This document shows, piece by piece, positions 7,243 to 14,261 of a DNA stretch of 20,000 bases (its first letter is position 1; each line of letters starts with the position of its first letter). This DNA is from an uncultured virus (IMG/VR IMGVR_UViG_3300009105_000005) (taxonomy: Duplodnaviria > Heunggongvirae > Uroviricota > Caudoviricetes). The stretch spans positions 54,265 through 74,264 of IMG/VR virus record IMGVR_UViG_3300009105_000005, one strand, 5' to 3'. The position numbers and the translations under genes were made by a program. The notes beneath the pieces are model-generated. The model saw only the letters and a list, made by a program, of their open reading frames with translations. It searched no databases and had not been told where the DNA came from.

Positions 7243-7698
7243 TTATACATGCCCGCCTTCGACAAGATCGTAATAGCCGTAAAAGGATATATCGCCATCA
7301 GAGTAAGAACCGTCCGGTTGTCGTTGGAGTTTAAAACCGTCTGTGGTGATGACTTCATCCGGACTTCGTTCTGGAAGCTGAGCGATCTGTAGGGCGAGTT
7401 CAGCACGTTCGGCCAATTTGCTCTTTTTTCCATTCAGGCGGAACCATTGCGAATAAAGTCCATTGACTTCATCTTTTATTCCAAAGCAGTGATTTCCCGG
7501 CCATTCAAGCAAACAGCAGGATTTACCGCACAGAAAGCATGCGGCATGGGCTGTTTTAAGATCGTCCATCGGGTACTTACCGCCGTTATGTCTCCATTTA
7601 GGCCAGTCTGTTTTATCTTTGTCCGGATTTTCAGAACACCAGAGCCAAAGCTCCCTGTGCAGGGAGATACGTTCTTCGTCTGACAGTTTAATTGTCAT
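7243..7698 (-). CDS. Hypothetical Trp/Cys-rich protein (paralog of 7688-8038)
   Basis: Shares ERIxxHRxLWxW..NP.K.K.DWP.W..NGG.Y...CFxC...CLLEWP...SQW...QIAxLP with its neighbour. Confidence 0.8.
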   Translation of the reverse strand: MTIKLSDEERISLHRELWLWCSENPDKDKTDWPKWRHNGGKYPMDDLKTAHAACFLCGKSCCLLEWPGNHCFGIKDEVNGLYSQWFRLNGKKSKLAERAELALQIAQLPERSPDEVITTDGFKLQRQPDGSYSDGDISFYGYYDLVEGGHV

Positions 7699-8038
7699 TG
7701 ATATTCTCCTTTACCGGCAATTCGGCGATTTGACGGGCGCAGTTTATCCTGGTTTCGTCAGTTTCAGCATCGATCCATTGACTGAAAAGACCGCCATCAA
7801 TGCATTTCTTAGTGCCATAATTATTTTCCGGCCATTCTAAAAGGCATAGATGGCACATGGGCATGCCGTCCATATGGATACACATAAAACAGTAATAAGG
7901 ATGGAGATCTTCATATTCTCCGCCATTGAGTTTCCAGCCAGGCCAGTCTTCTTTTTCTTTCCAGGGATTATCAGCAAGCCAGTTCCACAATTGGCGGTGG
8001 GCTTTGATACGTTCCTGATCGGTTAGTTTTTCTGCCAT
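7688..8038 (-). CDS. Hypothetical Trp/Cys-rich protein (paralog of 7243-7698)
   Basis: Same motif series as the downstream neighbour. Confidence 0.8.
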   Translation of the reverse strand: MAEKLTDQERIKAHRQLWNWLADNPWKEKEDWPGWKLNGGEYEDLHPYYCFMCIHMDGMPMCHLCLLEWPENNYGTKKCIDGGLFSQWIDAETDETRINCARQIAELPVKENINDN

Positions 8039-8796
8039 TGCTTCAACATCCTTTCTAATTCTTCGTCCATTACCTTGCCGCGAATATTGATGGCATCGGC
8101 AAATTCTTGAAGATGAACAATACCGGATCGGTATTTGGTATCGGGTGGGAAATATTTTTCAACTTGAAGAATACTTTTATAAACGGACAATGTAAGACTA
8201 TATTTATTGTAGTCTGAGCTTTGAAGGTGGGTGATCGGTTCAAGGCCGCGTTCCCACGGATTTTCCATGGTAAGGTTTTGATTTTGCTTCCAGTCCAGTA
8301 CAATGATCCGTTTAGGTTCGGCCTTATCTCGTAAAACAAGATCTATGAATCCGCACAGGCCGAGCGTGGCGGAGAATACGAACATTTCAACACCGAGAAT
8401 CTCATAGTGCATCTTAAGGTGAGTAATAGAATTGTCCGTACATTTAAAGAGCCGTTCACACCGGTCGGAAATCGGTGATGGTTCGACTATTTGTTCTTCG
8501 GGAAATTCTTCGGAGAACTTGTAGCGAGCGTATTCGTGGACGTTGGTTCCTTCATTTCGGCTCCAATTGGCCTTGGCTTTCCATTGTTGCCGGATTTGCT
8601 CTGCGGTCATGTCTTTGTATTTCGGCTTGCCGACACAATTTTGGGAAACGGCTTCGGTATCGAACTTCGGAAAGAAGCTGTTAACGAACTTGCCAACGCC
8701 TGCCAGAACTTGCCCTGTGGATTCGATAATGTATTTATACTTGTCTTTATCAAAAATACAGACATCACCGTTTGGGTTTATTTTTTCCTTTTGCAT
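8023..8796 (-). CDS. PD-(D/E)XK superfamily nuclease (exonuclease-like)
   Basis: GTNVH...E...GFIDLV...IVLDWK...YSLTLSVY motif order. Confidence 0.85.
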   Translation of the reverse strand: MQKEKINPNGDVCIFDKDKYKYIIESTGQVLAGVGKFVNSFFPKFDTEAVSQNCVGKPKYKDMTAEQIRQQWKAKANWSRNEGTNVHEYARYKFSEEFPEEQIVEPSPISDRCERLFKCTDNSITHLKMHYEILGVEMFVFSATLGLCGFIDLVLRDKAEPKRIIVLDWKQNQNLTMENPWERGLEPITHLQSSDYNKYSLTLSVYKSILQVEKYFPPDTKYRSGIVHLQEFADAINIRGKVMDEELERMLKQWQKN

Positions 8797-8891
8797 CGAT
8801 TCGGGTTCCTTTCTTTGGCGGCTATCATTTTTCTCATTCGCTGCTGGTCTGCCATTTTCCTTTCTGTTGGGGTCTGGATGTATTTTGTCAT
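8778..8891 (-). CDS. 37-aa basic small ORF
   Basis: MTKYIQTPTERKMADQQRMRKMIAAKERNPNRCKRKK; ATGA overlap with the upstream stop; GAGG RBS. Confidence 0.5.
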   Translation of the reverse strand: MTKYIQTPTERKMADQQRMRKMIAAKERNPNRCKRKK

Positions 8892-9301
8892 GCTGCGTAC
8901 CTCTTTGTTCTATGGTTTATGTCAAGTATTGGGGTTGTTCTTAGCGGTTGGGTGAATTCAATAAGTTTTTTTCTTCTGGAGGGATGCCTGAGCCGATCCA
9001 AGGCGCCACGTTCATTGTCGATTATTTGCCGTACTCTTTCACGGCTGATCCCGCCCATGATATCGGCAATTTGTTGTAAAGTTTGCGGTCCTTTGTCGGC
9101 AACATCGAGCAAGCATGTTTCTCGCAATTTAGCGATTCTTTTAATAATGGCATAGATGGGAGTTTGGGAGAGCCACTGTTCATTATGGAACAGCCATATA
9201 AGATGGTACTTACAGCCGATGAACGGACAGGGCCGTTCTTTATGATCTCCATGGAGACAGTCGTAGCGTATTACGGGTCTTAGCTTTTCAGGTTGTGCCA
9301 T
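8888..9301 (-). CDS. Cys-rich domain fused to a sigma70 region-4-like HTH
   Basis: TLQQIADIMGGISRERVRQI...ALDRLRHPSR resembles RpoD region 4.2 (TLEEVG...VTRERIRQIE.KALRKLRHPSR). N-terminal C...RPCPFIGCKYHL. Confidence 0.8.
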   Translation of the reverse strand: MAQPEKLRPVIRYDCLHGDHKERPCPFIGCKYHLIWLFHNEQWLSQTPIYAIIKRIAKLRETCLLDVADKGPQTLQQIADIMGGISRERVRQIIDNERGALDRLRHPSRRKKLIEFTQPLRTTPILDINHRTKRYAA

Positions 9302-9310
9302 ATTTAGCCT

Positions 9311-9475
9311 TTAGTGTAATTTGTCTATGATGCTTGCTGCGGTTGCCAGTAGAATATAAAGACCGGCCAGGCCCATGCCGATTTTAAGCCCCAAGTCCAA
9401 AGCGGGTATCAGCCAGTCCAGATAGCTTTTGTCGAAGAATTCCAAATTTTCTTCAGTTTCAAATTCAAATTCCAT
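9311..9475 (-). CDS. 54-aa small membrane protein
   Basis: Hand translation: MEFEFETEENLEFFDKSYLDWLIPALDLGLKIGMGLAGLYILLATAASIIDKLH; GAGG RBS. Confidence 0.65.
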   Translation of the reverse strand: MEFEFETEENLEFFDKSYLDWLIPALDLGLKIGMGLAGLYILLATAASIIDKLH

Positions 9476-9476
9476 T

Positions 9477-9665
9477 TTATTCAACCTCTTTTATGTCATC
9501 TAAAGTGATGCCTAATTCGCTGGCGATCCATTCAAGGTCGTCGCCGAGAACAACAACTTCTCCGCTCATTATGAAATTTTCGATATTGTCTGCATCGAGT
9601 TCTATGCTTGTTATTTTCAGGGCGTACCATTGGTCGGTCATTTTGACGAGTCTGTATATTTCCAT
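9477..9665 (-). CDS. Small acidic hypothetical protein
   Basis: TAATG stop/start overlap at 9665. Confidence 0.65.
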   Translation of the reverse strand: MEIYRLVKMTDQWYALKITSIELDADNIENFIMSGEVVVLGDDLEWIASELGITLDDIKEVE

Positions 9666-9931
9666 TACCAATCCATTGTTCCTTCGACCATGCAGGCCAT
9701 TCCGAACACAGCGCCTACGGCGATATCCATCAACTCTTTGTAGTAATCTTTTTCTATATTGCTTTGCAGAGCTTCACGTAGCTCATGAAATTCTTCGTCC
9801 AGTACGCCCTGAATTTCATGACGGCTGGCGAAAGTTCCCGGGCCTTTTTCTGCGAGTCTGGCTTGGATCGCCATCGGAATCGTGGCTAATACGGAATTAA
9901 TAGTGTTGTCGGGTATGGGTTTTCTGGCCAT
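9665..9931 (-). CDS. MazG-like (all-alpha NTP pyrophosphohydrolase fold) protein
   Basis: HE...LDEEFHEL...KELMDIA fits the EExxE...ExxD metal-binding pattern; RBS AAAGG. Confidence 0.6.
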   Translation of the reverse strand: MARKPIPDNTINSVLATIPMAIQARLAEKGPGTFASRHEIQGVLDEEFHELREALQSNIEKDYYKELMDIAVGAVFGMACMVEGTMDW

Positions 9932-9954
9932 TATTTACCTTTCTAATTTTAAAT

Positions 9955-10029
9955 TGGAGCGGACAGAAGGATTCGAACCTTCAACCAAGAGCTTGGAAGG
10001 CTCCCACTCTGCCGTTGAGTTATGCCCGC
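9955..10029 (-). tRNA. tRNA-Gly(TCC)
   Basis: GCGGGCA-TA-ACTC/GAGT D-arm, GGAGC-CTTCCAA-GCTCT anticodon arm, GAAGG-TTCGAAT-CCTTC T-arm, TGTCCGC-T-CCA; 75-nt canonical cloverleaf. Confidence 0.96.
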
Positions 10030-10033
10030 TCAG

Positions 10034-11497
10034 TTATGCGACCTTTGCAAATGGTTTAGGTTTTTGCGTTCTCATTTCCTCTAAAACGTATTCTATGACA
10101 TTGCCGCCCTTCTTGATTCCCCGTTCGATCTTCATGTCGATAGTGTTCCGAGCAACAAGATGATAGAATAAAACTTTACGTGTCTGACCAGGACGATCCA
10201 GCCGTTTTACGGCCTGTTTCCACTTGCCGTATCCCAACATGCCCTTAGAGTAGAAAAAGCCGTACCTGGCTCTTTTCAGGGTATCAAGCCCTTCGCCCCC
10301 TGCCTGTATTTGGACACAGACGGTATCAATTTCTTTATGTATCCATCTTAATTCATCGTTAATATCTCCGGAGATTTCGCCTACAGTTCGGTAAATGGGC
10401 TGGCCTTTGTAGTCTCCGATTTTAATTTTAGCGATTCGTTTTTTCATTTCGGCAACTTCGGGCTTGAAACGATAGAAGATAACTACCGACTCAGTTCCAA
10501 GGTCTTGGAGCCGTTCGATCAGGGTGTCCATTTTGTTGGTATCGATCTGTTTACGGACACCGTCGTCAGGTTTAACGAATCCACCTGTGATTTCCGAAAG
10601 GCGAAGTCCCTTAACCAGAGCGTTCTGGACGGTGATTTCACCGCTATCCACCTGGGCAACGAATTCTTCTTCAAGCTGGTCATAAATTCTGCGGGCTTTG
10701 GGATCGAGTTTGCATTTAAGTAATTCGTGCCTTACGCCGGGAAGATCGAGGACTTCATCGGTTTCGACACGAAAGGCAATGCTGTAGAATTTTTGATGCA
10801 GTTCGTCTTGATTGATGTATTCAAGAATCTGACGCCCTTCATATCCGCCCATTTCACAGTAGCGCCTTCGGAAGTCCGTAAATCTTGTTCCAAAGATATC
10901 AGTGTTTAGGGCTCTGAATTGAGCGTATATATTAATAGGTGAAGATGGCATGGGCGTGCCGGATAGGAATAATCTGCGTTTGGCCTGTTTTCCGACCCGC
11001 ATGGCCGCCCAGGACATTGTGCCGCCCGGGGCCATAAGCCGGTGGGCTTCGTCACAGATCATGACGTCCCACGGGTATTTCATCAGGAGGCCACGGTTGA
11101 CCATGCGGTTCTTTTTGTTATAGGTCGGCCCTAATGGTGGACGCCAGAAGGCTTCATAGTTGAGGATAACGGCCAGTCGGAGATTAGCGGCCTGCATCAT
11201 TTGGATTTCATCTTCAAGGAGAACGGCCTTTTTAGCGACTGATATTTTCTTTTCAGGTGCAAAGAACCTAAAATCAACTCCGCAATGCAGATCGAACTGG
11301 CGGGGCCACAACGGTATTACCTTTTTAGGACACAGGACTAAAACAAGATGGGCGTTGACTCCTGTGCAGTAGTCCACGCCCATCTTGGTTTTTCCGCCAC
11401 CCATGTCTACGGCATAGTAAAAAGCAGGGTGGTTTTTAGCGAGATTCCAGCCTTCGGCTTGGTGTAGCCAGGGCTTTGTTTTAGTCTTGGGATACAA
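10034..11497 (-). CDS. SNF2-family (SF2) phage helicase
   Basis: DMGGGKT, ICDEAH, LSGTP, GEGLD and QAVKRLDRPGQ; TTG start 6 nt after AAGGAG. Confidence 0.92.
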   Translation of the reverse strand: MYPKTKTKPWLHQAEGWNLAKNHPAFYYAVDMGGGKTKMGVDYCTGVNAHLVLVLCPKKVIPLWPRQFDLHCGVDFRFFAPEKKISVAKKAVLLEDEIQMMQAANLRLAVILNYEAFWRPPLGPTYNKKNRMVNRGLLMKYPWDVMICDEAHRLMAPGGTMSWAAMRVGKQAKRRLFLSGTPMPSSPINIYAQFRALNTDIFGTRFTDFRRRYCEMGGYEGRQILEYINQDELHQKFYSIAFRVETDEVLDLPGVRHELLKCKLDPKARRIYDQLEEEFVAQVDSGEITVQNALVKGLRLSEITGGFVKPDDGVRKQIDTNKMDTLIERLQDLGTESVVIFYRFKPEVAEMKKRIAKIKIGDYKGQPIYRTVGEISGDINDELRWIHKEIDTVCVQIQAGGEGLDTLKRARYGFFYSKGMLGYGKWKQAVKRLDRPGQTRKVLFYHLVARNTIDMKIERGIKKGGNVIEYVLEEMRTQKPKPFAKVA

Positions 11498-11580
11498 ACA
11501 TAGCTCCTTGATAATATTAAATTACAAGCCCACAACTAAAAATAGGTTTAGGTAATACCAAAATTGTATTGTTAATCAGG

Positions 11581-11787
11581 TCAGTCTTCGATAAGACGAA
11601 TCAATAAAGGGTTGGCTTCTAAAGTTGGTAAGGCAAGATGGATACAAGCCCGAATAACCTTAGATTTTGATTCATCCAGGGTGCCGGCGGCTTTCAGGAG
11701 TTTGGATTGCATTTCATCATCCATTTTAAAGTTTTCCTGAATGATTTTTTTACCCATTTCGACATCCTTAAAAGCTTGATTTTGCAT
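11581..11787 (-). CDS. Ribbon-helix-helix-like regulator, first gene of the leftward operon
   Basis: ENFKMDDEMQSKLLKAA...SKSKVIRACI gives a strand-helix-helix pattern; divergent from the repressor. Confidence 0.65.
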   Translation of the reverse strand: MQNQAFKDVEMGKKIIQENFKMDDEMQSKLLKAAGTLDESKSKVIRACIHLALPTLEANPLLIRLIED

Positions 11788-11860
11788 TGTTTCCCCTGTT
11801 TGCGTCTTATGTAATTAATAGCGTCGAAAATTTATTTGCAGTTTAGATATATATGAGCAG

Positions 11861-11889
11861 TTCTTACTATAAGTAAGAATGTATGTCAA
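11861..11889 (-). promoter_or_regulatory. Leftward early promoter with perfect palindromic operator
   Basis: TTGACA (11889-11884)-17 nt-TAAGAA. The operator TTCTTACT-ATA-AGTAAGAA (11861-11879) covers the spacer and the -10. Confidence 0.7.
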
Positions 11890-11919
11890 GGTATATGTTG
11901 TTTTTTTCTTACTATTAGA

Positions 11920-11950
11920 GATTTACTTTTAGGAAGATATAACTTATTCT
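11920..11950 (+). promoter_or_regulatory. Putative repressor promoter with a degenerate operator
   Basis: TTTACT (11922-11927)-17 nt-TATTCT (11945-11950). GATTTACT-TTT-AGGAAGAT (11/16 match) overlaps the -35. Confidence 0.45.
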
Positions 11951-11987
11951 GTTATTTGTTCAGGTTATAAAAGAAGGAGGTGGCTGC

Positions 11988-12326
11988 ATGGCTAAACAAA
12001 AGCAATTTAAAAAAATGCTCGGTGAAAAAATTAAAACACTTAGGGATATTCATGGCATGACACAAATGGATCTTGCCCATAAGCTTGGCTATGAGAGTTC
12101 TGGTATGGTATCTCAAATTGAAAATGGAACCAAAGGGATGGACCAGGAAAAAATTTTTAAACTTTCACAAATTTTTAATGTTTCAATGATAGATCTTTTG
12201 TCTAATAAACGGTATTCCAGAGATGATTTTAAAATGATTATAAAATTACAGGAATGGCTCGATCTTCCGTCAGATAAAAGGCCGAAACATTTTGAGTCTG
12301 TTAGACTTTTATTGGAAAATAGTTAA
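11988..12326 (+). CDS. XRE/HTH_3 prophage repressor
   Basis: LGEKIKTLR...MTQMDLAHKLG..SSGMVSQIENG; strong RBS AAGGAGG; 112 aa, too short for an S24 peptidase domain. Confidence 0.88.
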   Translation: MAKQKQFKKMLGEKIKTLRDIHGMTQMDLAHKLGYESSGMVSQIENGTKGMDQEKIFKLSQIFNVSMIDLLSNKRYSRDDFKMIIKLQEWLDLPSDKRPKHFESVRLLLENS

Positions 12327-12354
12327 AATTTTTACAAAATAATAAATCTAATTG

Positions 12355-12387
12355 AAAGCCGCGATATATAATCGTGGCTTTTTTTTT
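12355..12387 (+). terminator. Intrinsic terminator after the repressor
   Basis: AAAGCCGCGAT-ATATA-ATCGTGGCTTT followed by further Ts. Confidence 0.8.
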
Positions 12388-12420
12388 AATATTTATCAAT
12401 TATTGCCAATATAAGAAATA

Positions 12421-12463
12421 TCCCTTAGTCTTTCTAAGGGAAAACTAAGGGATTAAATAGGGA
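12421..12463. repeat. Palindrome plus 11-bp-phased direct repeats upstream of the PAS-LuxR gene
   Basis: TCCCTTAG-N5-CTAAGGGA (12421-12441), CTAAGGGA again at 12445 and AATAGGGA at 12456. Confidence 0.7.
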
Positions 12464-12515
12464 TAAAAAATCTTGCAATTACTTCAATGACTTAGTAAAT
12501 GAGAGCGGGGCTTAG

Positions 12516-13523
12516 TTGTTTTTAGATCGAGATATTTTTTTTAGAATATTCCAATTGGCTCCTATTGGTATTGGTATTATAAACTTTGCCACACAACAAT
12601 TTATTGCAGTCAATCGAGAAGGAGAGAAATTATTAGGTTTTAGTGCCAGTGAAATGATCGGAAAAACTACCCAAGATTTAAATATGTGGGTAAATCCGGA
12701 ACAAAGGGCAGGTTTTTATAAAAGACTCGAAGATGAAAAATGTATATCAGCGGTTCAGGTGACATTAAAACGAAAAGATGGCAGAACCATTGTTGGTGAA
12801 ATGACGTTAGAGCTAATTGCTGTTAACGAAAATAGATATGTTATAGGAATTTTTCGAGATATTACCCAACTGGAAGAAAGTGAAAGACGATGGAGAGAAA
12901 CTGCCGATCAATTACCAACTGTTATTGTCGAATCTGATCTTGCAGGAAAATGTACTTACAGCAATCAATATGGTCATGACATAACTGGATATACACGTGA
13001 AGACCTGGCTAAAGGGTTGAATATAAAACAGTTAATAGATCCGAGCAACCATGACCAATATATTAGTCGTCTTTCACAAATGGCGCAAGGAATAGAAGTT
13101 CCACCGGCTGAATTTCAGATTATTTGTAAGGATGGTACGCAACGGTGGGGAGTTTCATCTTCTGCTCCTATAAAAAAAAATGAAAAAATTGTTGGAATTC
13201 GTACAACAGTTATTGATATTACTGATCGTAAAAAGGCTGAACAAGAAAAAGAAGAAATTATTATAGCTTTAAGGGTTTTGTTAAAGGAAAGAGAGCGGGA
13301 GAAGGCCGAATTAAAAGCCCGCCAAATATTTAAAAATCTAACCAGAATGGAGCTAAAGATTGTCGAACAGATAAGGCAAGGTAAATCAACTATTGAAATA
13401 GCTGAAATATTTAATTTGAGCCCTAAAACTATTGAAGTTCATCGAAGAAATTTACGGAACAAACTCAATATTCCATCTAAAATAAGAAATTTGGAAAAAT
13501 ATTTTGCAGACAGACTAATATAA
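12516..13523 (+). CDS. PAS-PAS-LuxR(HTH) one-component transcriptional regulator
   Basis: Two PAS/PAC domains (VN...LLGFS..EMIGK...RDIT; N.....TGY..EDL...DITDRK), a coiled coil, and LTRMELKIV...GKSTIEIAEIFNLSPKTIEVHRRNLRNKL. Confidence 0.92.
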   Translation: MFLDRDIFFRIFQLAPIGIGIINFATQQFIAVNREGEKLLGFSASEMIGKTTQDLNMWVNPEQRAGFYKRLEDEKCISAVQVTLKRKDGRTIVGEMTLELIAVNENRYVIGIFRDITQLEESERRWRETADQLPTVIVESDLAGKCTYSNQYGHDITGYTREDLAKGLNIKQLIDPSNHDQYISRLSQMAQGIEVPPAEFQIICKDGTQRWGVSSSAPIKKNEKIVGIRTTVIDITDRKKAEQEKEEIIIALRVLLKEREREKAELKARQIFKNLTRMELKIVEQIRQGKSTIEIAEIFNLSPKTIEVHRRNLRNKLNIPSKIRNLEKYFADRLI

Positions 13524-13556
13524 AATGTCTTAAAATAAATTATAAACGGAGGCAAG

Positions 13557-13694
13557 ATGGGGGAAGTTGCATTGAAGCATGGGGTTGAAACAAACCAAAA
13601 ACAGTACTTAATGGATAAATTGCGAAAACTCATACATGACAAACCGTTGGTTTATTATAAGCTCAAAAAATTATTACTTAATAAACAAGTATAA
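13557..13694 (+). CDS. 45-aa small basic protein
   Basis: GGAGG RBS; MGEVALKHGVETNQKQYLMDKLRKLIHDKPLVYYKLKKLLLNKQV; below the ORF-track cutoff. Confidence 0.6.
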   Translation: MGEVALKHGVETNQKQYLMDKLRKLIHDKPLVYYKLKKLLLNKQV

Positions 13695-13759
13695 TAATGA
13701 CTGTAAAAATATCCAGTGGAAAATTAATGATATTTTCTGAAAGATATTTTTTACCTTAA

Positions 13760-13813
13760 TTCTTACCAAAAGTAAACATTCTCATTGACACAGTATTTTA
13801 CATATAGTAAGAA
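13760..13813 (+). promoter_or_regulatory. Rightward promoter with two operator copies
   Basis: TTGACA (13785-13790)-17 nt-TAAGAA. Operators TTCTTACC-AAA-AGTAAACA (13760-13778) and ATTTTACA-TAT-AGTAAGAA (13795-13813). Confidence 0.7.
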
Positions 13814-13834
13814 TTAGCCACTTCCAACAACCTT

Positions 13835-13980
13835 ATACCCTTTATTGGTTTTGGTTTTGTCACCCTGCGTCTCCTTGAGGGTATCGCCGTTTACCCAAGA
13901 ACAGCAAGGACGACCGGCTTTCGCGGGGGACCGCTGCACCCCGGGCAGCGGTAATGGATAGAGGCCAACAGTCTAACGGC
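13835..13980 (+). ncRNA. Candidate structured leader RNA or sRNA upstream of xis-int
   Basis: ATACCCT/AGGGTAT (13835-13884); GCCGTT/AACGGC (13886-13980) enclosing GGAC/GTCT, GGCTT/AGGCC and ACCGCTGC/GCAGCGGT; GC-rich against an AT-rich background. Confidence 0.55.
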
Positions 13981-13989
13981 ATTTATTTT

Positions 13990-14032
13990 ATTGGGGAGGG
14001 GGGTTGCCGCGCCCCTTCCCAATTTTTTTTTT
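13990..14032 (+). terminator. Strong intrinsic terminator immediately before xis
   Basis: ATTGGGGAGGGG/CCCCTTCCCAAT 12-bp stem (one G-U pair) running into 10 Ts. Confidence 0.85.
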
Positions 14033-14048
14033 AGAAAGGGCTATATAG

Positions 14049-14261
14049 TTGAAATCTTCCTTAATCCCGCCTTACACTCTATCAGTAAAAGGTGCTGCTG
14101 AACATTTTGGGTTTGCCATTGCCACATTATATCAGTATATTAATGACGGCAAATTGATCAGGGGTGTTCATTATCTTAAGGTGGGTAAAAAGGTCGTTAT
14201 CAAACGCAAAGAGTTCATAGAATGGATGGAGGAGCAAGATGGCAGTCGGCAGACGGGGTGA
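14049..14261 (+). CDS. xis: Excisionase / HTH_17-type recombination directionality factor
   Basis: LSVKGAAEHFGFAIATLYQYI..GKL....KVGKKVVIKRKEFIEWM; overlaps the integrase start. Confidence 0.8.
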   Translation: MKSSLIPPYTLSVKGAAEHFGFAIATLYQYINDGKLIRGVHYLKVGKKVVIKRKEFIEWMEEQDGSRQTG

